Assembly (NCBI GenBank): GCA_963714785.1
Contig: CAVQQE010000012.1
Span: 147,027-211,026, forward strand
DNA from: an uncultured Acidobacteriota bacterium
GTDB taxonomy: Bacteria; Acidobacteriota; Terriglobia; Acidiferrales; UBA7541
Reading direction: 5' to 3'
DNA length: 64,000 nucleotides
Program-made: the position numbers and the translations under genes
Notes under the pieces: generated by a model
The model's database searches: none
Seen by the model: only the letters and a program-made list of their open reading frames with translations
Told to the model about the DNA's origin: nothing
In this document: one piece after another, positions 1 to 9,224 of the stretch
Layout: each line of letters opens with the position of its first letter
Numbering within the stretch: the stretch's first letter is position 1

Positions 1-135
1 CAGGCCTTGCAGGCTGCGCGTCCGTGCGAAGGTGACCCCATGTCCTTCTTTTTCGCCGTTGACTCCCACACCCGCACATCGCACGATACACTTGCACGCG
101 CTCCGCGGAGCAAGTTGTAAAAACGGAATCAACAT

Positions 136-1017
136 TTGCCAAACGAATCTTTGTCGCACAACCAAGTCGAAGGTTTAGCTCGCGAACTCATGTCCGCATA
201 CGAGACTGGCCAAATGGTCGCCGTCCCCCCGTCCGCGCGCCCCGGTTTCGACCTCAGCACCGCCTATGAAGTGGAAGCAAAACTCAAGCAGTTCCGCGAA
301 GCCGCTGGACATAAACCCGTCGGTCGCAAAGTCGGCTACGCGAACAAAGCCATGTGGCGCGTCTTCAAACTTGAAACCCTGGTTTGGGCCCACATGTATG
401 ACGACACGGTTCATTACGCAGACAATAATTCCGCCACGCTGGCTATCGCGCATCCACGTTCCCTGAAGATTGAACCCGAAATTGTCTTTGGCTTGAAACA
501 GTCAATCACCGGAGAGCCCTCTGACGCCGGTTCGGCGCTCGCATCCGTCGACTGGCTTGCCCTAGGCTTCGAAATCATCGATTGTCCTTTCCCAAATTGG
601 AAATTTCAGCCCAGTGACTTCGTGGCCTCCTTCGGCCTTCACGCCGCTCTAGTAGTTGGCCAAAAAATCCCCGTGCAGTCCAACATTTCGATCAACTTAC
701 TTGACCAACTTAGCGTCTTCAAATTGCGCCTCTCGAAGGGTGGAGAACTCGCGGACCAGGACTTAGCTAAGAATTCCGTGAGCGGTGCTGGATTTGTAGA
801 GGAGGGATCCGGCAAAAATTCCTTGAAAAGTCCCGCGTTGTGCCTGGCCGAACTCGGCGCCGCCATAGCCCGCCGCTTTCCAACCACTCCCTTGAGCGCC
901 GGAGAAATCGTCAGTTCCGGCACCCTAACCGCCGGCCACCCAACCGCCGCCGGCGACCTCTGGACCGCCGAAGTCGACGGAATCCCCCTCCGGCCCCTAA
1001 CTCTCCGCCTCATCTAA
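136..1017 (+). CDS. 2-keto-4-pentenoate / 2-oxohepta-3-ene-1,7-dioate hydratase-like protein (MhpD/HpcG branch of the FAH superfamily)
   Basis: 293-aa ORF with a TTG start. The VGRKVGYANKAMW segment and the overall length fit MhpD/HpcG-type hydratases. Family call is from memory of the motif. Confidence 0.65.
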   Translation: MPNESLSHNQVEGLARELMSAYETGQMVAVPPSARPGFDLSTAYEVEAKLKQFREAAGHKPVGRKVGYANKAMWRVFKLETLVWAHMYDDTVHYADNNSATLAIAHPRSLKIEPEIVFGLKQSITGEPSDAGSALASVDWLALGFEIIDCPFPNWKFQPSDFVASFGLHAALVVGQKIPVQSNISINLLDQLSVFKLRLSKGGELADQDLAKNSVSGAGFVEEGSGKNSLKSPALCLAELGAAIARRFPTTPLSAGEIVSSGTLTAGHPTAAGDLWTAEVDGIPLRPLTLRLI

Positions 1018-1649
1018 CTTACCCAGAGTCACCTGCCCGAACTAGCCGCCGTCGGCTGCAGCCCACCGGTTTCGCTCGCATCCTGACGTCGCGTTCGTAC
1101 ACCTTCGCGATGCCTAGGATGAGGCCGCAAACTTCGCGTCCGATTGCACCTTCTCAAGTAGTTGCGCGAATTTCTGCTCGCGGTCTTTCTGGTCCAGCAC
1201 CTGATAGATATCAGCGATTTGCGTTGCATTTATCGAACAGAATTTCCCCCGCTCCAGGTAGTCATACGCAACAGCAATTAAGCTCAAAAGAGGTAAATGT
1301 CACAATACCCTTGACACGCCCCGAACCCTATGCTAAGACCTGCCTGCTTTTTGTGAAAAGACTGGTTCGATTAGCGGACCAGTATATCAAGTTCGATACG
1401 AACCGAGACAATTCAAGTTAAGCAACGCAGGTGAACGGGACGATCTGCGGGGGAAAGCAGGTCGTCAAGTGCTCGTTACGTGTAGCGCGCGATTGCGGAG
1501 GTATGTTTCTATGGATGCGTCTCCAGCTTCTTCTGTTGACTCCGCCTATATTCCCAATTGCTGGACTAAATTAACTACCGGCATCGTCCCGAAAAAGGTC
1601 GTCGCGAACCTGGAGTTCGGTTTGAAAAATCTCCGCGGAGGGGATAATT

Positions 1650-3311
1650 ATGCGCTCGCTTAAGTGGTCGTTCCTGCTGGTGGCCTTGTTTTTTGTTGTA
1701 ACTGGTCCGGTAGCCGTTGGTCAGAGCGCTAAACCCGCTGACGACTCGACGCAGCTCAACGCAGCGCCGAAGGCGGCAACAGAAGAAGAAGTTCAGCAGT
1801 TGCGCCGTGAGGTCGCGGAACTAAAAGCTCAGATCGAGCGACTCGTGGCGGCGAGCACGCCAGCGCCTGCCGGCGGTGCACATCTTGTACAGGCTACCTC
1901 CGCCGCTAGCCCGGATGCTAATGCATCCACTGCAGCGCCCGCAGCGAGCAGCGATGTCCCTGCGAACGCGAATGCTGACTCCTCTTCGTCTGCCGCGGCC
2001 ACCCCCGCTGACATCGACGCCCTCCAAAAAGAGATCGACGTTCTTCAGAACAAGGCCAACAGCACGCCAACGCCGACCGCCGGATTTAACGGCGAGCACT
2101 TTTTCCTGAAGAGCCCCGACGGCCAGTTTACGATCATGCCGGTTGGCTATTTGAACGCTCAATACACTTTTTACAATGGCGACGGCGCACCTGCGGACAC
2201 ATTCGCAATCAGACGCGCACGATTTGGCGTGCAAGGCAACTACGGAAGCCAACTGGATTACGCATTCCTGTTCGAGACGGCCTCCTCTCTTACAATTCGT
2301 GACGCCTACATCGACTTTAAGCCTTGGAATTGGCTCAAGATCATGGGCGGCCAGTACAAGGTGCCGTTCTCGATGGAAGTTGGAACTGGTGACACGAACG
2401 TCGAGTTCGCAGAACGTTCTATCAATACCGTGTTGTACCCCGATGCGGGAGGAGCTTTCCGAGCGCCCGGTATTGATGTTCACGGCGATTTGTCCAACGG
2501 GCGTGCGCAGTACTGGGTCGGAATTTTCAATGGACAAGGACTACTCACCGCCTCGACCACGAACGAAGTGGAAGTTACCGGGAGAGTCCGGTTCTCGCCC
2601 TGGAAAGATACCGACAGTATCTTTCTGAAGGGCTTTTCGTTCGGCGGTTCCGCGGAGCATAGTCGATCAAGGGCTCTTTCTAACGAACTCAGCTTTAGCG
2701 GCGCGTTGACCGACGGCACATACACATTCTTTCCGCAATTCCGAATCAATGGCGGAGTGGAGCGCTACAACGGCTTCTTCTCGTGGCTGCGTGGTGGGTT
2801 GGGTATTCGTGGAGAATACACTCAACTGCTACAGAAGCGCAGCAACATCGGATCATTTACACCCGGTGGCATTGGATTCAACACTCTTCCAGGAGTTGTG
2901 GGCAAGGGAACCTATTTATCAGCGACATATTTGTTAACCGGCGAACAGGAGCCGGAAAACGCTATCCCGCGCGTAAAGCACCCTGTGATTGGGCCCAATT
3001 CTCCGGGTGAAACTGGGGGTCCCGGTTGGGGTGCGTGGGCGCTGAAGGCACGCTATGCGTGGCTGCAAGGGCGAGCTGGAGGTGCAACTTGCGACGCTAC
3101 CACTACGCCAACTTGTCCCATTACGCCAGTTATAGAACCTACTTATAGTGACCACACCACGCAGTGGACGTTTGGTTTTAACTGGTACCTGAATTATTGG
3201 GTGCTGGTGAAATCAGACTTTAACTTGAACCAGCTCCATGATCCAAGCGTGCAGGGCATTCTGCCGCGGAATTACTACGTGTTCATAGAGGGTATTCAGT
3301 TCCGGTTCTAA
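1650..3311 (+). CDS. phosphate-selective porin O/P family outer-membrane protein with N-terminal coiled coil
   Basis: GGAGGGG SD lies 6 nt before ATG 1650. Signal peptide LLVALFFVVTGPVAVGQ, heptad-like EEEVQQLRREVAELKAQIERL, then an Ala/Ser-rich linker. The barrel part has FFLKSPDGQF and RRARFGVQGNYG and ends in the aromatic IQFRF. Confidence 0.8.
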   Translation: MRSLKWSFLLVALFFVVTGPVAVGQSAKPADDSTQLNAAPKAATEEEVQQLRREVAELKAQIERLVAASTPAPAGGAHLVQATSAASPDANASTAAPAASSDVPANANADSSSSAAATPADIDALQKEIDVLQNKANSTPTPTAGFNGEHFFLKSPDGQFTIMPVGYLNAQYTFYNGDGAPADTFAIRRARFGVQGNYGSQLDYAFLFETASSLTIRDAYIDFKPWNWLKIMGGQYKVPFSMEVGTGDTNVEFAERSINTVLYPDAGGAFRAPGIDVHGDLSNGRAQYWVGIFNGQGLLTASTTNEVEVTGRVRFSPWKDTDSIFLKGFSFGGSAEHSRSRALSNELSFSGALTDGTYTFFPQFRINGGVERYNGFFSWLRGGLGIRGEYTQLLQKRSNIGSFTPGGIGFNTLPGVVGKGTYLSATYLLTGEQEPENAIPRVKHPVIGPNSPGETGGPGWGAWALKARYAWLQGRAGGATCDATTTPTCPITPVIEPTYSDHTTQWTFGFNWYLNYWVLVKSDFNLNQLHDPSVQGILPRNYYVFIEGIQFRF

Positions 3312-3454
3312 TTAAAGTTCAACCGTCTGGGGTGCGTTGACTGCTGGTTGTCAAGGGGGCCGGCATGAACGAACCCGAGAGCGCTGCAAGTTCAAAACGC
3401 AGGTTGTCAAAAATGGTGGTTCGGCCCCCGGCAAATATCGTTGGAGGAAATTTG

Positions 3455-5425
3455 ATGAGATCGAAAACGCTTCCCTTGCTTGCTTTCGTCGCGCTGTTGG
3501 CGGTTTTCATCCTGAACAGTTGCGGCAGCAGTGAGGCCAATTGTCCGGTCTGCGGAACCACAAAGAACGGGACGATCGGTCTGATTGACGTGATGCTCGT
3601 GCCGGAACACAACCCCAACGGAGAGCCTGGCGGACCGTTCAACATTTTTGACATTAGCTGGGTGGATCCGGTGAACCGCAATTATGTAGTGTCGGACCGC
3701 GTCGGACTCGACGTTCCCGTGTTCAACACGGTGAGCAATACTGCATTGTGGGCAATCGGCGGGGACAACTCGGTGGCGGAGGCGGGATACAACGCCAGCT
3801 CTTGCTGGGTCGATCCCACAAATGCCTTGGCAACGATTCCTCCGATCACAACTGCGCAGGGCAACTTCACGCGCTTCGGCTGCAAGACGGATGGCTTCCG
3901 CCTGCCTGGCTTCTTCGGTCCTAACGGCCATTTCGGCGGATTTGTAGGCGGCCAATGTTGCGCATCCCGCTCCAACAACTTGAATCCTTTGTCAGGTCCA
4001 AACGGCATGGAAATTTCAGGGGACGGGAACTTCCTGTTTGTAGGAAATGGTAGTTCAGAATTTGTAATATTCGACTTAACCCCGATGATTTCAAGTGGCT
4101 ATACGGCTCCTCCCTTGGTAACCGCGGTGATACCGACCGGTAGTTCGCCCGATTATGACGGGCTCCCGAGTGGAATCAGCCCGTGCATGGCGTCTGCAGA
4201 TGGAAGAGCGTTCTCCGACCCGACCTGCGGCGATCTGCGCGGGGATGAACTTGCGACAACCGGCGGCGTCGTGACTTTTCCGCAAGACGGTTCCAGTCGC
4301 TACCTCGTCTCGATCATCAACGGAGACCCGGGACTTCCATTTGTTACCATCGTTGACGTCACGGGCGTCGTGACGAGAACGGGAACCGACGCGCAGCAGC
4401 ATTGTCTCGCCTATTCTCAGGTTGTGGACCCCACCAATCAGGCGCCGTTTAGTCCCGGTATCAGTACCTATGTCCAGGGCCTCGGTGGTGCCACAATCAC
4501 AACAACCTTTCCGGCTAATTACGACTCATGCATCCTCGGCCAGATTTACTATGACGTGGCAGCCCAGAATGACGACACCGTGTTTATTGACGATCAAGGT
4601 GCGAATGCCACGGCCGGTATTGTCTGTCCCGATCCTTCGCTCCAATTCGCGGGCTCTGCTCCGGGCATGCCCGGACCGCCCGTTCCGAGCGGTGCTTCAG
4701 GCCACGCGGCTGGCTTTAACCCGGACGTGCCTTGCCACCACGGACCTCAGCTTACCCTCACGACTTCGACGCAGGCGGGCGGAGTTTTCTGTCCGGCTGG
4801 GCCCGGTACGCCACCGGGTTGCGTAGGGGCATCTGCACCCGCCGGGTTAGGTGGAATGATTTACTACCCGCCGTTGAACGCATTTCTTCTGACCAACGCA
4901 AACTCAACGGGTGACATCACGGTTGGCAGCGTTGATGTGATCGACCCCCTGCACCCAATAATGGTCGGCGGGGTCCCCAAGTACGTGCCGGCGGTCATCA
5001 ATAGTTATCCGATGTATAATTGCATGCCAACCGGATTGAATCTCGGGCCGGGCACGGACGTCCTGGTGGGCTGCGCCGATCACGATGGCCGCGCATTCGC
5101 CCCTTCTACGGTTATCATCAACGGTACGACTGGCGAAGTCCTTACGACGATCAACTACGTAGGATTCGTTGACGAGACTTGGTACAACCCGGGCGACGGC
5201 AACTACTACCTGGCGTCCAGAGACATGCCCACCGGTCCGGTTCTTGGAGTGATCAATGCCAAGACCAGACTATGGCTACAAAACGTACCCACGAACGGCA
5301 ATGCTCACAGCGTGGCGGCGGATCCGATTAACAATCACATTTACGTTCCGCTACCCTCCGGGAGCAGCGCGAACTGCCAATCAGTTGCAGCGGATGGGTG
5401 CGTCGGCGTGTACGCGGCTCAGTAG
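3455..5425 (+). CDS. secreted lipoprotein, Cys-rich YncE/YVTN-like beta-propeller repeat protein (function unknown)
   Basis: The track ORF starts at 3365, but ATG 3455 has GGAGG 7 nt upstream. It opens a lipoprotein signal with lipobox (MRSKTLPLLAFVALLAVFILNSC). Repeated blade-like segments are present (NYVVSDR, RYLVSIINGD, NYYLASRD, NHIYVPLP). Confidence 0.75.
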   Translation: MRSKTLPLLAFVALLAVFILNSCGSSEANCPVCGTTKNGTIGLIDVMLVPEHNPNGEPGGPFNIFDISWVDPVNRNYVVSDRVGLDVPVFNTVSNTALWAIGGDNSVAEAGYNASSCWVDPTNALATIPPITTAQGNFTRFGCKTDGFRLPGFFGPNGHFGGFVGGQCCASRSNNLNPLSGPNGMEISGDGNFLFVGNGSSEFVIFDLTPMISSGYTAPPLVTAVIPTGSSPDYDGLPSGISPCMASADGRAFSDPTCGDLRGDELATTGGVVTFPQDGSSRYLVSIINGDPGLPFVTIVDVTGVVTRTGTDAQQHCLAYSQVVDPTNQAPFSPGISTYVQGLGGATITTTFPANYDSCILGQIYYDVAAQNDDTVFIDDQGANATAGIVCPDPSLQFAGSAPGMPGPPVPSGASGHAAGFNPDVPCHHGPQLTLTTSTQAGGVFCPAGPGTPPGCVGASAPAGLGGMIYYPPLNAFLLTNANSTGDITVGSVDVIDPLHPIMVGGVPKYVPAVINSYPMYNCMPTGLNLGPGTDVLVGCADHDGRAFAPSTVIINGTTGEVLTTINYVGFVDETWYNPGDGNYYLASRDMPTGPVLGVINAKTRLWLQNVPTNGNAHSVAADPINNHIYVPLPSGSSANCQSVAADGCVGVYAAQ

Positions 5426-5444
5426 TTGGTGGTTATTATTGAAT

Positions 5445-5487
5445 CGAAGGCCCGGTTCCACTCTAGTGGATTCGGGCCTTCGTCTTT
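5445..5487. terminator. hairpin between convergent genes (possible bidirectional terminator)
   Basis: Perfect 10-bp stem cgaaggcccg (5445-5454) / cgggccttcg (5473-5482) with inner ccac/gtgg pairing. It is followed by tcttt on the + strand. U-tracts are weak on both strands. Confidence 0.5.
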
Positions 5488-5500
5488 CGAGGGCGCAAAG

Positions 5501-6001
5501 CTAGCGGACCATGGTCTCCTGGTAGCGCATCATCTTCCAGTCGCCGTCGCGGTTGGTCCAAAGCTCGCCGATGAAAACCCTACGGAGGCGCAGGGGCGAG
5601 CCTTTGGGGAATTGCATGGTGCTTTCGTAGGTGACGAAAGCGTAACGTGGCCCGAGTGGCTGCACTTGGAACATCTGAAGAAGGTAATCGGTGAACACAC
5701 TGTGTTCCACTTCGCGAACAGTTTGAAGTTTGTTGCGTTCGCCATCTCCATCGGACTCGACAGCCTGAAAGTCATCGGTTAGAAACTGTGCGTAGGCGTC
5801 TTTATCTCGTTTCTTGAACGCTGCCCAGGCTGCTTGTATTTTTGCTTCGAGCAATTCGGCCAGCTTGGATTGAGCGGCGTCCAGCTTCTGTAACGGCACG
5901 AACGTTGACGCTGGGGGCTTGCCCGTCGCCGGGGGTTGCTGTGCGAACGCAAAACAAGGAAGCGCAAGCACGAGAAATGCACAGAGAATGGAATTCCGCA
6001 T
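5501..6001 (-). CDS. secreted DUF4440 / SnoaL-like (NTF2 fold) protein
   Basis: GAGGAG SD lies 7 nt upstream of ATG 6001. Signal peptide is MRNSILCAFLVLALPCFAFAQ. The C-terminal WTNRDGDWKMMRYQET pattern is typical of DUF4440. Confidence 0.6.
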   Translation of the reverse strand: MRNSILCAFLVLALPCFAFAQQPPATGKPPASTFVPLQKLDAAQSKLAELLEAKIQAAWAAFKKRDKDAYAQFLTDDFQAVESDGDGERNKLQTVREVEHSVFTDYLLQMFQVQPLGPRYAFVTYESTMQFPKGSPLRLRRVFIGELWTNRDGDWKMMRYQETMVR

Positions 6002-6218
6002 TTTTTTCTCCTCGATTGAGCGTGGCGAATCTTACAAGGCCGTTGCTTCACAGTCAAAGTAGAGTTCACGAGCATGATTCACTTCCAGACGATGTAGGTA
6101 AGTTGCCGTCTAAATACCTTTTGGCTAATATGAAAGTGGAAGTTCGTGACCATACCTTTTTATTCGAAACATTGACGCAGCTCAGGATGACCGTTTCGCG
6201 CAAGTCCAAGGAGAACAA

Positions 6219-6797
6219 ATGATGAAGCCAATTCTTGTGTTTCTGGCGTTGCCCCTTGCCTTGGTGTCATTCGGATTCCCGGCAACCACGCCGCTGCAAA
6301 CACAGCCAGACCATGTGTGGCGGCAATCTCTAAAGACAGATGCCGCCCGTGGGATGGTATACGATCAATACACGCTGACCGGTAAGTTCCTTAAAGCGCC
6401 TCAGAAGGGCGATCTTGCGAATCGTCCCGCATTGGTGGTGGACTGCAATCCTCCCAAGGAAACACGCAATGGCAAGGGGAAGTTCGAATCCGCGAATCTG
6501 CTAGTTGGCCCGGCCCTGAAGATTCATTACGTGGAGCCTGCGGAGATACGCGGAACGTCTTATTTCCCGAAGATCTTTATCCAATATCGCATCAACGACG
6601 GTAAAGATGTGAAAGAACAGTGGGCGCCAGGGAGCGATAAGGCTTCAACATTAATCCAAAAAGACACAATGAAGAAACTGCTTCGGGCTCAAACTGTTGA
6701 TATAACGACGAACGACGACACGGGGAAGCCGGTCGTTATGAAGTTCGACATGCCCGATCCAGCGCCTGTTGTCCAGGGCTGCAATGTGGACGAGTAG
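6219..6797 (+). CDS. hypothetical secreted protein
   Basis: GGAG lies upstream of ATGATG 6219. It has an N-terminal signal peptide (ILVFLALPLALVSFG) and two Cys residues. I recognise no family. Confidence 0.6.
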   Translation: MMKPILVFLALPLALVSFGFPATTPLQTQPDHVWRQSLKTDAARGMVYDQYTLTGKFLKAPQKGDLANRPALVVDCNPPKETRNGKGKFESANLLVGPALKIHYVEPAEIRGTSYFPKIFIQYRINDGKDVKEQWAPGSDKASTLIQKDTMKKLLRAQTVDITTNDDTGKPVVMKFDMPDPAPVVQGCNVDE

Positions 6798-6805
6798 ATA
6801 CTCTC

Positions 6806-7822
6806 CTACACTAGATCGAATTTTAATTCGCCGAGCCTTTCCAGACTGCACGCGACTTTATCGCCGGGCTTGAGCCACACTTGCTGGTCCTTGGGCTTGC
6901 CTTGAATCACCCCCTGCGGCGTGCCGGTAAAAATAATGTCGCCGGGTTTCAGCGTGATGACGCGGGAAATGTAAGCGATCATCTTGCGGGTATTGAAGAT
7001 AAAGTCGCTGGTCTTGGAAGATTGGCGCGTCTCGCCATTCACACGACATTCCAGCTTCAGGTTGTCCGGATCGATTTGATCGGCTGTGACCAGGTAGGGG
7101 CCGATTGGCGCGAATTGATCCGGCGTCTTGCCGACCATCCACTGTCCGCCGGTTTCAAGTTGCAGGTCACGAGCGGTGAAGTCGTTGCCGGTCGCGTAGC
7201 CAGCCACATAGGAGAGAGCGTCGGCTTCGCTTACTACTTTAGCTTCGCGTCCCATCACCATAACTAATTCAACTTCGTAGTCGAATTTCGTAGCGTAATC
7301 GACCGGAAGTTCTACCGTGCCGTTGTGATGGTTGAGCGCGGTATTGAACTTGTTGAAGAGCACCGGTTGCTTCGGAATCGGCGCGCCAATCTCTAGGGCA
7401 TGCTGCCGGTAGTTCAAGCCCACGCAGACAATTTTTTGCGGGTGCATGACCACGGGCCCGTATTCAATTGCGTCTTCCTTGAGGAATGCTTTTTGCGCAG
7501 CCTTCGACTTGGCGGCAGCATCCACGAGCGCGTTCAAGCTTGGGCCATCTTCGTTCTGAAGCAAATTGTCAGTTGTTGCTGGCGCATGCATACGCAGAAT
7601 TTTGGAGGCTTCGACTACATCCAGTATTCCTTTTTCGCTCTTCACACCAAGGCGGCATTCCGAGCCGCTACGAATACTCAGTAAGGTGAGACCGTGAGCC
7701 ATGCCGCGCGAGGCGCTGGGGGCAGGCTTCCGTTGTGAATCCGAGGCCGGCAGCCCGCCCGTCACTGCCAAAGCGCAGATCACGCCGGTATCCTTCATAA
7801 AATCCCTTCGGTTGCGATTCAC
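6806..7822 (-). CDS. fumarylacetoacetate hydrolase (FAH) family protein with twin-arginine (Tat) signal
   Basis: GTG start 7822 with AAGGAG upstream. The N-terminus MNRNRRDFMKDTGVICALAVTGG matches the Tat motif (RRxF[ML]K plus hydrophobic region). The FAH core shows KIVCVGLNYRQHALE and PGDIIFTGTPQGV. Confidence 0.8.
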   Translation of the reverse strand: MNRNRRDFMKDTGVICALAVTGGLPASDSQRKPAPSASRGMAHGLTLLSIRSGSECRLGVKSEKGILDVVEASKILRMHAPATTDNLLQNEDGPSLNALVDAAAKSKAAQKAFLKEDAIEYGPVVMHPQKIVCVGLNYRQHALEIGAPIPKQPVLFNKFNTALNHHNGTVELPVDYATKFDYEVELVMVMGREAKVVSEADALSYVAGYATGNDFTARDLQLETGGQWMVGKTPDQFAPIGPYLVTADQIDPDNLKLECRVNGETRQSSKTSDFIFNTRKMIAYISRVITLKPGDIIFTGTPQGVIQGKPKDQQVWLKPGDKVACSLERLGELKFDLV

Positions 7823-8095
7823 GGCAGGTATCTCCTTCAGATGGTTGAGTTTCTCCGCGCCGGGAGGTAAGATGGCCGGGATTATAAATCAATCTACAGC
7901 CTTCAATAACAAAAGATTTTGAGAGGTAGGTGCGAGGGTCGGGCATTTTTACAGAGTTTAGCCGATGGCAAATATTCAGCATAAATAGGAAAACTAGTGC
8001 GAGCGCGTTGGTAAGCAACCGCGAATTCGGCTCTTATCCGTTCCCATCAACGGCCCCTGGAAAAAATTCGGTTCGATTTCAAAGGAGCGAGGAAA

Positions 8096-8701
8096 ATGAA
8101 GAAATATTCCGCAGCGCGTTGGGTTCGAAAAATGAGCTTTCAAATCGCCGCAATCGCTGCAATGGTCACTGTCTCGCCGTGTTTTTTGACCAATTATAGC
8201 GGGGCGGCAGCTCAGGACGACAAGCCGGTGGCAAAAGATAAGGTTGTGGTGCTGGCGCATTTGCCGCTCCCTGGATCGGCGGTACGGCAGATTTTTGTGC
8301 AAGAGGACAAGGGCAAGCGATACCTTTTGCTGCAGCAGAATGTACATTTCACCGTGGTGGATGTGACTGACCCCAAAAATCCGCAGATTGTTGACCGTGT
8401 CGCGGGCCAGGGCAAGTTGGCTGACGTAGGCGCAGGGCTGGCAATCTCCGTGCAATCTGACCAAGCGGGACAAGGCGCGGTTCCCACGCAGACCGTCAGG
8501 CTGGTGGATCTAAGCGATGCGAAGCATCCGCGTACGGTGAAGACCCTTACCGGCGTCACGGGCATGTATTCAGACGACGGGCGGCAGTTGATCTATGTGG
8601 CCAATAATGAAGGATTGTGGATCATTAAACATTACGAGACGTTCCGGCTGCCTTACTGCACTACGGAATCTGCGGAAAATACGACGGCGCAGTGCCAGTA
8701 A
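8096..8701 (+). CDS. hypothetical secreted protein (segment resembles an LVIVD-type repeat)
   Basis: AGGAG SD precedes ATG 8096 and a signal-like N-terminus is present. VVDVTDPKNPQIVDRV resembles LVIVD repeats. A strong terminator follows. Confidence 0.55.
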   Translation: MKKYSAARWVRKMSFQIAAIAAMVTVSPCFLTNYSGAAAQDDKPVAKDKVVVLAHLPLPGSAVRQIFVQEDKGKRYLLLQQNVHFTVVDVTDPKNPQIVDRVAGQGKLADVGAGLAISVQSDQAGQGAVPTQTVRLVDLSDAKHPRTVKTLTGVTGMYSDDGRQLIYVANNEGLWIIKHYETFRLPYCTTESAENTTAQCQ

Positions 8702-8736
8702 AATTTATAGGATCGTAAACGTTAACTCACACAAAA

Positions 8737-8771
8737 ATGCGGGAGGCTCGATGCTTCTCGCATTTTTTTTT
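8737..8771 (+). terminator. rho-independent terminator
   Basis: 11-bp stem atgcgggaggc / gcttctcgcat (two G-U pairs) with loop tcgat. It is followed by a run of nine T at 8763-8771, 36 nt after the stop at 8701. Confidence 0.85.
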
Positions 8772-8790
8772 GATTATCGAGATGTTGTAT

Positions 8791-8819
8791 TTGACTTGGC
8801 ACTCATCGCATCCTACTAT
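8791..8819 (+). promoter_or_regulatory. sigma70-type promoter candidate
   Basis: TTGACT (8791-8796), 17-nt spacer, TACTAT (8814-8819). It lies about 50 nt upstream of GTG 8870, which has an AGGAGG SD at 8859-8864. Confidence 0.5.
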
Positions 8820-8869
8820 TTCGTCTCTCCTGACTGATACATTGGGACGTAGTCGCCCAGGAGGCGCTC

Positions 8870-9154
8870 GTGGAGGATTGGCAGTACGCCCAGGCTAACC
8901 CGGTAGAGGAATTAGCACAACTGCATCATTTCACGATGACGAAGCACGATGACGGCCGCGACATTCCGTTCAATATCACGGTGAAAGAATTTGCGGCGCC
9001 GCCGAAAGGACAGCACCTTCGCTTCTTTGCTGAGGCGGACAAACAGGTAAATCAGAAAACCGCGCCATTTGTCCCTTCCGGTTGGGGAGATTCGACGTTG
9101 AAAGCCTTAGCTGACTGCATGCGATTGATCCGGCAGTTTCCGTTCGAAGGCTAG
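8870..9154 (+). CDS. hypothetical protein (94 aa)
   Basis: GTG start preceded by AGGAGG with 5-nt spacing. It has its own promoter candidate. No family recognised. Confidence 0.55.
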   Translation: MEDWQYAQANPVEELAQLHHFTMTKHDDGRDIPFNITVKEFAAPPKGQHLRFFAEADKQVNQKTAPFVPSGWGDSTLKALADCMRLIRQFPFEG

Positions 9155-9224
9155 CCGACGTAATAATTGAGACGCGATCCATCCGAACGCCCAAAAAATC
9201 TGTGCAAATGAGGTACGAAATTCT

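Noticed and set aside
1-117. Open frame running in from the left edge (..QALQAARPCEGDPMSFFFAVDSHTRTSHDTLARAPRSKL*).
   Set aside because: It is too short and compositionally unconvincing to call as the 3' end of a gene. I cannot tell which frame or strand, if any, is coding without the upstream sequence.
1295-1320. Pho-box-like TGTCAC...TTGACAC and a TTGACA hexamer upstream of the phosphate-porin gene.
   Set aside because: The half-sites do not repeat with the 11-bp direct-repeat geometry of Pho boxes. No acceptable -10 lies at 16-18 nt from the TTGACA.
840-1421. 193-aa Arg/Pro-rich + strand ORF overlapping the end of the hydratase gene.
   Set aside because: It is an off-frame read-through of GC-rich coding sequence with extreme composition and no start context.
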